Source of the DNA: an uncultured archaeon
Lineage (GTDB): Archaea; Altiarchaeota; Altiarchaeia; IMC4; SCGC-AAA252-I15
Length of the DNA stretch: 64,000 bases
Assembly (NCBI GenBank): GCA_964587725.1
Contig: CAZPLO010000001.1
Span: forward strand, 16,327-80,326
Direction: 5' to 3'
Within the stretch, counting starts at the first letter, position 1, and the number at the start of each line of letters is the position of its first letter. A program made the position numbers and the translations under genes. This document shows, piece after piece, positions 18,323 to 28,080 of this stretch. The notes beneath the pieces are model-generated. The model worked only from the letters and a program-made list of their open reading frames with translations, ran no database searches and was not told the DNA's origin.

Positions 18323-19384
18323 ATGAAGACGGAGCTGTCGAGCGTCGACCTGCGGGTGCTGGTGCGGGAGTTCCAGGAGCTGCTGGTCGGGTCGAGGGTG
18401 GATAAGGTGTTTCAGGTGGGTGAGCGGGAGCTGGTGTTCCGTTTATACGGGGGCGGGAGCAGGGAGCTCGTCTACAACCCGGACTTCATCTGCTTGACAA
18501 GATACAGGCGGACGCCGCCGAAGCAGCCGTCTTCGTTCGCGATGCAGTTGAGGAAACACTTGAGGGGGAAGGAGATAACTGGGGTCAGGCAGCACGGATT
18601 CGACCGCGTCGTGGAACTGTTATTCGATGAATATGTCTTGGTGTTCGAATTGTTCAGCAAAGGCAACGCCATACTATGCGACAACGACATGAATATTCTG
18701 GGGTTGTTGGACTGGCAGAAGTGGCGGGCTAGGACGCTGGGTGTCGGAAAAAAATACGAGTACCCACCAGAGGTGACGGACCCCTACGAAGTCGACAGGG
18801 GAGGGTTCGACCGGATTATGGAGGAATCCGGGAAAGGTGTTGCGGCGACGCTTGCCACGAAGTTCAGCCTCGGCGGAGAATACGCCGAACAGGTGTGTGA
18901 AAAGGCCGGGGTTAAGCCGGACGCGGAGGAGGGCGGGGAAGAGCTGTGGCAGGCATTCAAATCGTTTCTGGAGCGCGTGGGCGGGGAAGTCGACGCACGG
19001 GTGTCGGAGGATGATGTTACTCCGTTCGGCGGAGACGGCGAGAAAAAGGAAACCTTCAACGACGCCGTCGACGACTACTTCAGCAGGAAGGAGATTGCTG
19101 AGAAGAAGGACGTCATTGAATCCAGGGTAGACGACAGGAGGGGGAAGATAGAGGACATACTCCGGAAGCAGGAGGAAGCACTGGAGGACGCGGAGAAACG
19201 CGCTGAAGAAGAGAAGGGCATAGGCGACGCCATATACGCCCGCATGGTTGAAGTGGAGGAGGCCGGAGCTAAAGCCAGGGAGTTGCGTGACCGCGGCTTG
19301 TCGGACGAAGAAATACTCCAGGAACTCCGGAGATACGGGTTCGTGAAGGGCGTCAGCAGACCGGAGCTGGTTCTAGAATTCTAG
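18323..19384 (+). CDS. NFACT-N domain protein (short Rqc2/NEMF/FbpA-like homolog)
   Basis: The N-terminus MKTELSSVDLRVLVREFQELLVGSRVDKVFQVGERELVFRL matches the NFACT-N signature; charged coiled-coil C-terminus. At 353 aa it is shorter than typical archaeal NEMF homologs (about 600 aa or more). Confidence 0.55.
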   Translation: MKTELSSVDLRVLVREFQELLVGSRVDKVFQVGERELVFRLYGGGSRELVYNPDFICLTRYRRTPPKQPSSFAMQLRKHLRGKEITGVRQHGFDRVVELLFDEYVLVFELFSKGNAILCDNDMNILGLLDWQKWRARTLGVGKKYEYPPEVTDPYEVDRGGFDRIMEESGKGVAATLATKFSLGGEYAEQVCEKAGVKPDAEEGGEELWQAFKSFLERVGGEVDARVSEDDVTPFGGDGEKKETFNDAVDDYFSRKEIAEKKDVIESRVDDRRGKIEDILRKQEEALEDAEKRAEEEKGIGDAIYARMVEVEEAGAKARELRDRGLSDEEILQELRRYGFVKGVSRPELVLEF

Positions 19385-19704
19385 AGTGTAGCGCTGGATA
19401 TGCAGTCGTTGAGGCGCCAGTCGTCGTTTTTTATGTTAAGGCAAATCTGGACGTCCCCGACCTTCTTAGCAACCTTATGATAACAGAGGTTGCGGAGGTT
19501 ATGCATGCAAACGTCCGCACACAATGGAGCCTTGGAGCTGTGGACTGCAGCATCCACAATACACTGGTCCCTGGACTCCCCCGCCAGCCTACCGCATACG
19601 ACAAGCTCCGGCTTTGTTGAAACAGGGCATTCCGTCTCAGCCTCCGAAGTGGAGCCGATGCACCCGCAGACGAGCAGAACACACACTAGAGGCAGATACC
19701 TCAT
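19381..19704 (-). CDS. Small secreted Cys-repeat protein (paralog of 4181..4576)
   Basis: Lipobox-like N-terminus (LLVCGCIGS). Two copies of the C(Y)xK(V/I)AxxxxDxxICxxI motif (NLCYHKVAKKVGDVQICLNIKNDD). Confidence 0.5.
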   Translation of the reverse strand: MRYLPLVCVLLVCGCIGSTSEAETECPVSTKPELVVCGRLAGESRDQCIVDAAVHSSKAPLCADVCMHNLRNLCYHKVAKKVGDVQICLNIKNDDWRLNDCISSATL

Positions 19705-19745
19705 TTAGACCACCTATATATTGTTCAGTGGATAATATAAGGAGG

Positions 19746-21923
19746 ATGGATTTGAAGGACCTGCTGAAATCCAGTGTGTGGAAGCTGGGTGCGGTGGTCT
19801 TCGCCGTGTCCTTCGCGGCGAGGGCGGTGCTCGACTTCATGTTCCAGAGCCGCCTGGGATGGCATGCAGTCAACCACGCGGAGTCCTGGCTGTATACCGG
19901 CGTCATGAAAGGCACCCATGTCACAGGCTACATGCTCCAAGACCCGACGGTGTGGCTTCTTCGCGGGGTGGGCGTTTTCTTCCCCGGCAACCTAGCACTG
20001 TATGGCGTGTTCTTAACCTCGGCGGCTTTGTCCGCCCTCACTGCCTCCCTCATACTCCTCCTGGCTTCGGAATTGTACGACAAGAAGACGGGGTTTATCG
20101 CAGGCATGGCATACGGGGGGATGGTGGAGCCCCTGGCTCTGTCGCTGTCGGGGTTCACCCACGACCACCTGCAGCTGCCGGTGATGGTGCTGCTGCTTTG
20201 GATGACAGTGAAGGCTGTTAAGGTCAAGGGCTGGATGCGGTACAGCCTGGTTGTCGCGTACGCGATCATAGTGTATTGGGCGCGGTTCATCAACGAAGTC
20301 GTCTACGTCGCGGTCGGCGCATCCGCAGTGTATGTCGGATACGTTGTGCTTGAAAGATACTATGGGGGGAGGAACGTACACGCCGCCTATATGACATTGG
20401 GTTTGGTGGCGTTGGCGGCCGCCGGTCAGTGGGGCCTCAACACGTACCTCGCATCCAAGCTCGAACTCCTCCCGCAGGGGAGGATGGGGAGCGTCGACGT
20501 GCTGCCCCTGAGCATGCTGACGTTCTGGCTCAGATACAACATGCTGTTGTTCCTCATGCCCTTCGGCGTAGCAGCCGCGTACAAAAGGAGGGACACTGTG
20601 GGGCTGACGCTTACGGCGGTCGGGTTTGTGGTGGCGACGGTGATGGACCGGGGTACGAGGATAAGCGACCTCGGCGTAGCGTTGTTGTTTTCTTACGCGG
20701 TCGTGGACTGGGGTGTGAAGGAGAAGGTCTTGGGGCTGGACAGGAGAAACAGGCTGTACCTGACCGCCGGTTCCGGGGTGCTTGCGTCCGCGTACGTCTA
20801 CTTCAACACCCACCAGCCGCTGCATTACAACATCATATACCTTCTGGGGGGGGCAGTCCTACTCTTCACACTGTGGAGGGTCAATGGCGTGAAGGGCATG
20901 GTTGCCGCCGCTTCCGTTGTTGTTTTGGTGGGTGTAGCGGCCAACGCGGCGTACGTATACAATCTGGAGCCTAGGAGGATAGTGTCGGACACTGAATACC
21001 ATGTCCTTGAATGGCTGCGCGGCAACAACGACGGAGGCATGGTGCTGACGGGGTGGGACCGCGGATACATGGTGGAGGTGGTGTCCGGGTTGGAAGCCGC
21101 TTCCACGCCGGGGAGGATACGGGCTGAAGTACACGACATGCTGTGGCAGCTGGACCGTCAGGCGGCAGCCAACCTCCGTAAAGCCGGCGTACGGTATGTG
21201 ATGCTGACCAGCGAACACTTCAACGTGGTAAAGATGGGGGATGAGATGGCCTACCGGATAAGCGGGGGGTTAGTGTTCGCCCCAGAAAACCAGCCGCCGA
21301 TGGAGTTCACCAACCGCCTCACAGTGTACAAGCTGAGACACGACACCGCACCCCGGTACTTCAGACTGTTGAAAAACGAGACGGACCCCTCCACTGGCGT
21401 GAAGGTGATGCTGTACGAGGTGGCTTCAGAACCGGCGGAGGGTTCGTTGGTCGGGGGCATCGCAGTCAACCACGGCTCTGAAAAAAACGCGTCCCTGGAG
21501 GCTGCAGCCTACGGCAGCAGGGAATACTCTGAGGTCTACGTGGAAACCTTCAAGTCGAACGAGGTGAAGGAGGTGGTGTATCCTGTGGGGAAGTGGATGC
21601 GGGAGTTCAACTGCAGTCTGGCGCCCGTGGACGAGTGGGGATACACCGGAACCATAACGTACCTGAACATGGGGGGAGCCCACACAGTTGACGCTAACGT
21701 TGTTTTAGTGGACGCGGGTTCAGGGGAGACTGTGGACTCCGCTCTCCTCAGGATTAGTTTCAGAGCAGGAGAAAAGAGGACAGTCCAGTACACCTTCAAA
21801 CCCGAGGACCTGTCCAGGGAGTACCTAGTGGGCCACAACGTCATAGAAGGCGTCGACGTGTTGGAGAACGAGTCCACGCCCCCCGTCCTTGAGGGCGTGG
21901 GCGTGCTGGCTATGTTCTGCTAG
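19746..21923 (+). CDS. aglB: AglB/STT3-like oligosaccharyltransferase (GT-C fold) with degenerate WWDYG motif
   Basis: Internal ATG of track ORF 19524..21923, preceded by GGAGG. About 13 predicted TM helices, then a soluble C-terminal domain. The segment TEYHVLEWLRGNNDGGMVLTGWDRGYMVEV matches the STT3/PglB pattern E..L.W(L/V)RENt.....V.sWWDYGY in position and spacing. Confidence 0.55.
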   Translation: MDLKDLLKSSVWKLGAVVFAVSFAARAVLDFMFQSRLGWHAVNHAESWLYTGVMKGTHVTGYMLQDPTVWLLRGVGVFFPGNLALYGVFLTSAALSALTASLILLLASELYDKKTGFIAGMAYGGMVEPLALSLSGFTHDHLQLPVMVLLLWMTVKAVKVKGWMRYSLVVAYAIIVYWARFINEVVYVAVGASAVYVGYVVLERYYGGRNVHAAYMTLGLVALAAAGQWGLNTYLASKLELLPQGRMGSVDVLPLSMLTFWLRYNMLLFLMPFGVAAAYKRRDTVGLTLTAVGFVVATVMDRGTRISDLGVALLFSYAVVDWGVKEKVLGLDRRNRLYLTAGSGVLASAYVYFNTHQPLHYNIIYLLGGAVLLFTLWRVNGVKGMVAAASVVVLVGVAANAAYVYNLEPRRIVSDTEYHVLEWLRGNNDGGMVLTGWDRGYMVEVVSGLEAASTPGRIRAEVHDMLWQLDRQAAANLRKAGVRYVMLTSEHFNVVKMGDEMAYRISGGLVFAPENQPPMEFTNRLTVYKLRHDTAPRYFRLLKNETDPSTGVKVMLYEVASEPAEGSLVGGIAVNHGSEKNASLEAAAYGSREYSEVYVETFKSNEVKEVVYPVGKWMREFNCSLAPVDEWGYTGTITYLNMGGAHTVDANVVLVDAGSGETVDSALLRISFRAGEKRTVQYTFKPEDLSREYLVGHNVIEGVDVLENESTPPVLEGVGVLAMFC

Positions 21924-23668
21924 GTAACCGGCGCCACCCCGCCGACGACGTTGCTGCCGGCCTGCCCCTGCGCGAACAACCAGTCGAACAGCGCCGGCAA
22001 TGCCACGGCCAGTATGGCCACGAACCACACCATCAGCACGAAATCCAGCAATGCCGTGTATTTGCTGCCGCCGTCCACCATCTTTATCGAGTAAGCTGAA
22101 AAGGCCGCGTGTAGCAGCAGCACGATGAACAGGAGGTCCTGCACCAAAGGCACGTTTATTTCACCTATCGACGGGAGCAGGCCCTGAGTGAGGCTGCTAA
22201 CCGACGGCGTCTGAGCTATCGCCGCGAAAGACTGCTTGAACGTGTTGTCTAGTATGCCGACCATCCGGAGTGTGGCGTAGGCTGAACCGGTGACCCCCAG
22301 CAGCGTCCCGTAGTATACGCCTTTGACGCTGGACGCCAGCTGAAGCCGCAGCTCCCTAAGGGACAGCAGCTGTATGAAGTTGTCGCTGATTATCTGGCTC
22401 GCCTCCTCCGGGTCGCCTCCGAGGTTGATGACCTGTATGAATATGCTGCCGAACTTCTCTATCATGTTGCTGCCTGTCTCGCCGGCGAAGTACATCCACG
22501 ACTGGAATTTGTCGCAACGCACCTTCAAACGCATGTAGAGTTTGTTGACCGCGTCGTTGAGGACCCCGAACTCGTGTATCCTGAGCGGCCCTATGGTACT
22601 GTATAAACTGCCGCCGCGGGCCGACAGTGAGCCGCCGAGGGAGCGGACGAACGCGGGGAAAGCCTGATCCTTGCGTATTACGGCGTTCTCCATCTGCTGG
22701 GACATGAACCCTATCACCGCCAGGGGGGAGGCGGAAATGGCCATCAGCACGGGAAACCAGGGGAGGGGTCTGAATATTAGGAGGGGTACGCCCAAGACGA
22801 AGCAGGACGCTATTACGGGTATCAAAACCCGCCTCATTTTCTTATATTCTGGAGGCTTGATGGGGAGGCGGTGGGTTATGGGGTCGTGGGTTATGAAACT
22901 GTCTATGAACACAATCGACAGCAGATCTATGAAGAATAGTGCGAGTGCGCTGAGGCCGACGAGCATGTAGATGTTGTAGCCCATCACCAACGGCAACATA
23001 AAGGCGATGGCCATCATGAAGGATATGGCTATGGTGAGTGATACAAGGGCGTCCTGGACCAGGCTAAGTGTTTGGAGGCTCTGCTTGTACTCGGATGCAA
23101 AGTCCTCCATGACGGCGGACTGCTCCTTCCGGAGGAAGGCGTCGATGCGTTCACCGAAGTCGAAGGCCGCGCTCATCCGGTCCAGGAAGTTGCCGAGAAT
23201 CTTCGACGGCACAAGGGTGCTGAGTTTCCTGCACGTCCTCACCAGCCCCAGGTTCCAGTAGTCCGACAAATACGCGACCTTCTCCATCACCTTCGCAATC
23301 TCCCCGTATTCGACGCGCTGGGATGCTAGGCGGAACAGCTGCCGGCGTTTCACGTGCAGGGTTGAGAGGGCGCCGGCGTAGGTTATGAAGTAGTGTATGT
23401 TCTCGTGTATGTTCACCTTAATACGCTCTATCACGTAGTAGGGGTAGACGAAGATGGCGGAAACCCCGAGTATCATTATTATCATCGGCGCCAGCAGCAA
23501 AACCATGGGGGGCACGCCCAGGTCGAAGGTGCCGCCGTAGAATACCACGAACAGTAGGCCGGAGATGAACAACACCATGGTGACCGCCAGCACCGGTGCC
23601 ACGAATTTCTTGAAGTAGTCGTCTACAGTGTTGTAGCCTGCTAGCCTGATTGCCTCCTCGAAGTCCAT
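21920..23668 (-). CDS. flaJ: Type IV filament platform membrane protein FlaJ/TadC family (two T2SSF-like halves)
   Basis: 582-aa polytopic membrane protein with two repeated cytoplasmic T2SSF-type domains, immediately downstream of the FlaI-like ATPase (adjacent stop and start codons, 1-nt gap). Confidence 0.8.
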   Translation of the reverse strand: MDFEEAIRLAGYNTVDDYFKKFVAPVLAVTMVLFISGLLFVVFYGGTFDLGVPPMVLLLAPMIIMILGVSAIFVYPYYVIERIKVNIHENIHYFITYAGALSTLHVKRRQLFRLASQRVEYGEIAKVMEKVAYLSDYWNLGLVRTCRKLSTLVPSKILGNFLDRMSAAFDFGERIDAFLRKEQSAVMEDFASEYKQSLQTLSLVQDALVSLTIAISFMMAIAFMLPLVMGYNIYMLVGLSALALFFIDLLSIVFIDSFITHDPITHRLPIKPPEYKKMRRVLIPVIASCFVLGVPLLIFRPLPWFPVLMAISASPLAVIGFMSQQMENAVIRKDQAFPAFVRSLGGSLSARGGSLYSTIGPLRIHEFGVLNDAVNKLYMRLKVRCDKFQSWMYFAGETGSNMIEKFGSIFIQVINLGGDPEEASQIISDNFIQLLSLRELRLQLASSVKGVYYGTLLGVTGSAYATLRMVGILDNTFKQSFAAIAQTPSVSSLTQGLLPSIGEINVPLVQDLLFIVLLLHAAFSAYSIKMVDGGSKYTALLDFVLMVWFVAILAVALPALFDWLFAQGQAGSNVVGGVAPVT

Positions 23669-23669
23669 G

Positions 23670-25322
23670 TTACACCGAGAATGGGAGACCCTCCTTGCCC
23701 TTGTAGTAGTAGGACTTTATTATCTCCCACACGTCGAAGTAGTTGAATATGCCCTCAGATATCATCTTGTTTATGATTTTTGCCCTGTACTCGAGTTCAT
23801 TGTATATTTCGCGCACGTCCTTGTAGCCGAGCATCCGGGCTATCTTCTCCTCCAGGATGTAACTGTTGTGGTAGCCGAGGAAGCCGAACTCGTCCGACGT
23901 CGGCACCCACTCGAACACGGCCGCGGTTCCGACCTTGCCGAGTTCGTCGTAGTATTTGATAAGCTCTGTGACGCTCAGGACACGGCGGACGAACTTCCCG
24001 TGAAGGTACACGGCCTGCTGGATTAAGACGACGTTGAGGTTGTCTATCGCAGATATGGGGACGTTGATTGGGTGGCCGGTCATACGCTGTATCATCTTGT
24101 GGGGGTCGCCGGCGTGGAAGGTGCTCATAACCGGGTGGCCGGTCTGCATCGCCTGGAACGCTATGTTGCCCTCTTTCTCACGTATCTCACCCACGATGAT
24201 GTAGTTGGGCCTTGACCGGAGGGCCGCCACCAGCAGCGTCATCATGGTCACGTCCGTTTCCTTCCCGGACTCCCTAGTTACGAGGTGCTGCCACGCCGGA
24301 TGCGGCATCGTTACCTCGGGTGTGTTTTCGACGCTGTAGACCTTAGCGTCCGGTTTGATGAATGCGCTGACAGCGTTCAACGTCGTCGTCTTCCCGGAGG
24401 CTGTTTCGCCGCAGATGAATATGCTCATCCCGTTCTCCAGGCACAGCCACATGTATGCGGCCATGTCCGCGGTCATCGTGCGCCAGTTCACCAATTGGGT
24501 GATGCTGATGGGGACCTTGCTGAACTTCCGGATGGTGAAGCTGCTGCCCTCCAAACTTACTTCGCGACCGTAGATGAAGTTGGCCCGGCTGCCATCCGGC
24601 ATGATGGCGTCCACCACCGGCTGCGCCTCGCTAACCGGCCGCTCCACCCGCTCGCTGCTGTTGAAGACGTACTTGTCCAACTGCAGGTCTGTGTTGAATA
24701 TGATGTTTGTGGCAACCATCTCGAAAATCTTGTGGATGGTATACACTCTCGCGACGCCTATGCAGTGTATGTCCTCTATGTAGGGGTCACGGAGCAGCGG
24801 CTCCAGTATGCCGTAGCCGACCCGTTCGCGGATGAGAAAGTACTTGATTTTCTCGTACTCCTGCTGGGTCATCCTGATTCTTCCGCCACCTCCTAACTGC
24901 GACATAATATTTTCTATGGCGCCTTTCTTCCTGCCGGACTCCAGCCTCTTACCCTCCACCTCCACCAAATCACCCATCAGCTTCACCAGTATGTCGCTGA
25001 GGTCCTCGGTGGTCTCGCTGGTGTCCATGGTGTGAGCTATCTTAATCAGCTGGTCGCTGATTTTGTTGAACATCTCCTGCTCATGCGGCATCAGCTGAGG
25101 CTCCACCGCAATGTACTGGGTCTCGTTCTCCCCGGGGCGGCGGAGGATGTGGATGAATATGGGGTCGCCGACGGGGTACATGATGTTGGGGAACTCCTCC
25201 CCCTTCAGACTCCGGTCCAGCTGCACGTAGAAGTCCGGCTTCTCCACGCTCTTGTTCTGCAGGTACTCCCGCAGGTGCGGGTTCCTCGCCTGCGCCTCCT
25301 GGAACTCCTTCTCGTCCGGCAT
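23670..25322 (-). CDS. flaI: Archaeal type IV filament ATPase FlaI/ArlI-like
   Basis: Walker A FICGETASGKTTTLNAV, Walker B (RPNYIIVGEIREKEG), His box (MSTFHAGD); 550 aa with the FlaI-like N-terminal domain. Confidence 0.9.
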   Translation of the reverse strand: MPDEKEFQEAQARNPHLREYLQNKSVEKPDFYVQLDRSLKGEEFPNIMYPVGDPIFIHILRRPGENETQYIAVEPQLMPHEQEMFNKISDQLIKIAHTMDTSETTEDLSDILVKLMGDLVEVEGKRLESGRKKGAIENIMSQLGGGGRIRMTQQEYEKIKYFLIRERVGYGILEPLLRDPYIEDIHCIGVARVYTIHKIFEMVATNIIFNTDLQLDKYVFNSSERVERPVSEAQPVVDAIMPDGSRANFIYGREVSLEGSSFTIRKFSKVPISITQLVNWRTMTADMAAYMWLCLENGMSIFICGETASGKTTTLNAVSAFIKPDAKVYSVENTPEVTMPHPAWQHLVTRESGKETDVTMMTLLVAALRSRPNYIIVGEIREKEGNIAFQAMQTGHPVMSTFHAGDPHKMIQRMTGHPINVPISAIDNLNVVLIQQAVYLHGKFVRRVLSVTELIKYYDELGKVGTAAVFEWVPTSDEFGFLGYHNSYILEEKIARMLGYKDVREIYNELEYRAKIINKMISEGIFNYFDVWEIIKSYYYKGKEGLPFSV

Positions 25323-25323
25323 C

Positions 25324-26052
25324 CTAAGCCAAACCTCCTATGTCTATGATGAGGCCCTGGCCCGGCTCAACACGGAACGCAATCTGGGGAACAACCTGTA
25401 TCTTGCTGCGCTTGAACCGGTTCACCGCCATGTACTTCTTGGTTTCCCCTCCCAGCTCCTTCATCCCGAACTCCAGGTATATGTCCGACACCGACCGGAA
25501 GAGCGTTAACAGGCTCTTGTTCAATTGGTCGGGGTCGACGGTCATCATCACAATCTTCCCCTTGTTGGTGAGTTTCTTGAAGAACTTAATGACCTCGAAT
25601 GCTTTCTCGTCGCTGATGTTGCCCTGCACCAGCAGAAAGGATATGGTATCTATGATTATCACCGTCTTCTCGAATAGTTTCTTGGCGGACAGCAGCCTTT
25701 CAAGAAAGTCTTTCCGCAGTTTTCCTCCGCCTATGAACGGGAACATGGGTATGAACAGGAGGCGCTCGTCTATCACGTATTCGTCGACCACGTACTGGAG
25801 GGAGTCCATCTGCTCCAGGAACTCCTTCGTCGACAGTTCCGCGCTGATGTAGGTGGCGGTTGCGCCGTTAACCAGCGACGAATACAGGAGACGCTGGACC
25901 AGCAGGCTCTTGCCCATCCCGTCCTTCCCCTCTATAAGCATCAGGGAACCGTAGGGAAGGGCGCCGCCTAACTTGGTGTGCAGCATGTCCCTTTTAATCC
26001 GCATGCTCAGGAACTGGTTGTCGGATTCCTGCTCGTCTGGTTCCTCAGCCAT
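25324..26052 (-). CDS. flaH: FlaH/ArlH-like KaiC/RecA-superfamily ATPase
   Basis: Single RecA-like domain of about 240 aa with Walker A LIEGKDGMGKSLLVQ. Located immediately upstream of flaI, as in archaellum operons. Confidence 0.75.
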   Translation of the reverse strand: MAEEPDEQESDNQFLSMRIKRDMLHTKLGGALPYGSLMLIEGKDGMGKSLLVQRLLYSSLVNGATATYISAELSTKEFLEQMDSLQYVVDEYVIDERLLFIPMFPFIGGGKLRKDFLERLLSAKKLFEKTVIIIDTISFLLVQGNISDEKAFEVIKFFKKLTNKGKIVMMTVDPDQLNKSLLTLFRSVSDIYLEFGMKELGGETKKYMAVNRFKRSKIQVVPQIAFRVEPGQGLIIDIGGLA

Positions 26053-26083
26053 CCTGCGTTACAGTATTTGTAAAGGGTATATA

Positions 26084-26419
26084 TTATTCCGATTCAGCGT
26101 TCTCCTGCGCCTCCTGCTGTCCCTGTTCCCTGACACCCGCCTTCTCCAGCAGGTTTTCCGACATGGCTATGATCCTCTCCAGATTGTCTTCGATGCTGGT
26201 GAGCCGCTCCTGATTCTCGTGAGTGAGTTCAAGGGTTTTTGAGACTGTAACGTCGAGTTCGTCGGTTTTGGACTCCAGCGTGTGTATGCGGTCGTTTATC
26301 TGCTCCTTTGCTTCGTTGAACTCCTTGACCTGTTCGGCAATAATTTCCAGTCTGACGGTGGTGACACTCTTCTTCCGCCTGAATAACCCCCCCAACTTGT
26401 TCAGCAATCCGTCCAACAT
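26084..26419 (-). CDS. Small coiled-coil protein (111 aa) in the FlaHIJ-like operon
   Basis: Heptad-rich sequence (EQVKEFNEAKEQINDRIHTLESKTDELDVTVSKTLELTHENQERLTSIEDNLERI); position where FlaC/D/E/G/F-type accessory genes would occur. Confidence 0.45.
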   Translation of the reverse strand: MLDGLLNKLGGLFRRKKSVTTVRLEIIAEQVKEFNEAKEQINDRIHTLESKTDELDVTVSKTLELTHENQERLTSIEDNLERIIAMSENLLEKAGVREQGQQEAQENAESE

Positions 26420-26467
26420 AGACCCGGGACACCCAAGAGTACTTACGTTTAAGCGTATAAAACGGCT

Positions 26468-27193
26468 TCAGCGGGGGCATACCAGCGAGTACCCGCGTTC
26501 CAGCTGGGTCTCGCATTCCGCCACCTTCATAGGGTTCATGAACGACCTGCACAGGCTCTCGTTGTTGAGGTTGAACGCCACGCACATGATGCATTTGTCG
26601 TGTATCGCCATCAAGTCGATGTCCTCGCCGGGAACACGCTTGCATATCTCTGTGTCGTTGAGTTTCATCCCCACCGACCCGTAGCAGTTGTATGTTGCCT
26701 TCTGCGTGGACAGTTTGTCGCATAAGGTGACGTTGGCTGTGCTCAACGCGAGGGAGAGGAAGCAGCGGTCTCGCTCCGCCGGGTCGGTTTTTTTATCGCA
26801 GAGTTTGACTGTCTGGAAGGTGGTGGTGTAATAGACTGCCACCGCCACCACGAGAATCAACAGCGCCACAACCGCCACCACAAACCATTTGGTGAAGTTT
26901 ATCCGCTCCAGGATGTGTATTTTCCCGCGTTTCTCCTCCACCGTGCGATGGTACCCTGGGACGTGGAGGGTCTCCTTCGCCAGCACCTCCTTCGTCCTCT
27001 CCAGGCCGACGTAGTCGATGAAAACGTTTTTGATTATCCTGTTGAGGACCAGCTTCAGCTGCTCGTCCTTCAGCTCGTCCTCCGAGACGCCGGTTTTCTT
27101 GACCGCCTGGTCTACCTTCTGAACTCCATCGGGACCCTCGTAGAGTACGAACGCCTTCTTCCGGAGGTCCTCTATCTTCGGGTTCATATACAT
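26468..27193 (-). CDS. Bitopic membrane protein: N-terminal cytoplasmic domain, single TM, Cys-rich (about 14 Cys) extracellular domain
   Basis: TM helix WFVVAVVALLILVVAVAVYY; the ectodomain has LCDK...C..L...YNCYG...C repeats. First gene of the minus-strand FlaHIJ-like operon. Confidence 0.5.
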   Translation of the reverse strand: MYMNPKIEDLRKKAFVLYEGPDGVQKVDQAVKKTGVSEDELKDEQLKLVLNRIIKNVFIDYVGLERTKEVLAKETLHVPGYHRTVEEKRGKIHILERINFTKWFVVAVVALLILVVAVAVYYTTTFQTVKLCDKKTDPAERDRCFLSLALSTANVTLCDKLSTQKATYNCYGSVGMKLNDTEICKRVPGEDIDLMAIHDKCIMCVAFNLNNESLCRSFMNPMKVAECETQLERGYSLVCPR

Positions 27194-27238
27194 GAGTATA
27201 TGCGGTGTTTAATAAAATACCCGGCTTATATTCTATCG
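27194..27238. promoter_or_regulatory. Divergent promoter region between the FlaHIJ-like operon (-) and the five-gene pilin operon (+)
   Basis: AT-rich 45-bp spacer with TTTAATAAAAT about 25 nt upstream of the pilin ATG (27239) and a TATA-like CATATACAT / ATATGTATATG element on the other side. Confidence 0.4.
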
Positions 27239-27667
27239 ATGAGTGGTCAGGCCTCGGTGGAATGGATTGTGATAATGTCCGTCGCCATACTGGTGCTCGC
27301 CATCATGCTCTCCCTGAACGAAAACAGCTACCAGACGTTCAAGAGCAACGTCCGCGTGGGGAAGGCGAAGGCGGCGTTGAACGACATCAAAAACGCGGTG
27401 GACTTCGTGTACAGCCAGGGAACGGGCGCCAAGACCAGACTCTATGTCACGGTGCCGGAGGCCAGCAACTTCACCATAACCACGCTGCCCGGTGGCGTGG
27501 GACACATACAGTGCATAGTGTATGTGCGCGGTCAGGAGGAGGTGTTCGACGCGTTCACTGACGCTAACATAACAGGGAGCATACCGTCGACATCTGGAGG
27601 ATACTGCATCGACGTGGAATACGCGGAAGCGGCGGTCAGCATAACCAGGAGCAGCGGCTCGTGTTGA
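27239..27667 (+). CDS. Type IV pilin-like protein, class III signal peptide (DUF361/QxSxEY type)
   Basis: Internal ATG of track ORF 26915..27667. MSG|QASVEWIVIMSVAILVLAI is a prepilin-peptidase-type signal peptide; TTTAATAAAAT TATA box about 25 nt upstream. Confidence 0.75.
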   Translation: MSGQASVEWIVIMSVAILVLAIMLSLNENSYQTFKSNVRVGKAKAALNDIKNAVDFVYSQGTGAKTRLYVTVPEASNFTITTLPGGVGHIQCIVYVRGQEEVFDAFTDANITGSIPSTSGGYCIDVEYAEAAVSITRSSGSC

Positions 27668-28080
27668 GGATGAACGGGGGACAGGTTACGGTGGAATACA
27701 TCATAATCACCGGGATAGTGTCCATTATCTTTCTGGTGGCGTTCAACTTCATATCCGAGGAGCGGAAGACCACGGCAGAGGACATCTGGTCCATGGACGG
27801 CGACAAGACTGCGGAGGCCGTAGCCCACGCCATAAACACCGCATACCTCGCAGGCGACGGCGCGGAAGTCAACGTCACCCTGCCTGAGAAGCTGACAGGT
27901 GGCTTAGACTACACGGTGACGGTGTATCGGCGGCTGGTGACAGTGGAGGTGCCCTCCTACGGCAGGGAGTTCGAGTGGAAGTACGTCACCGGCGGAGTAA
28001 ATGGAACCACGGACGGCCTCACACTCGGCAAAGGCACGGTGACTGTTGAAAACAGGAACGGGACAATCTATTTGACATGA
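27661..28080 (+). CDS. Type IV pilin-like protein, class III signal peptide
   Basis: (MLR)MNGG|QVTVEYIIITGIVSIIFLVAF has the QxxVEY motif followed by a hydrophobic helix; tightly packed with neighbouring genes. Confidence 0.7.
   Translation: MLRMNGGQVTVEYIIITGIVSIIFLVAFNFISEERKTTAEDIWSMDGDKTAEAVAHAINTAYLAGDGAEVNVTLPEKLTGGLDYTVTVYRRLVTVEVPSYGREFEWKYVTGGVNGTTDGLTLGKGTVTVENRNGTIYLT

Noticed and set aside
19524-19745. Long N-terminal extension of the AglB-like ORF
   Set aside because: It overlaps the minus-strand small Cys-repeat gene (19381..19704) and has a Pro/Arg-rich composition. The internal ATG at 19746 is preceded by GGAGG and begins the hydrophobic membrane protein.
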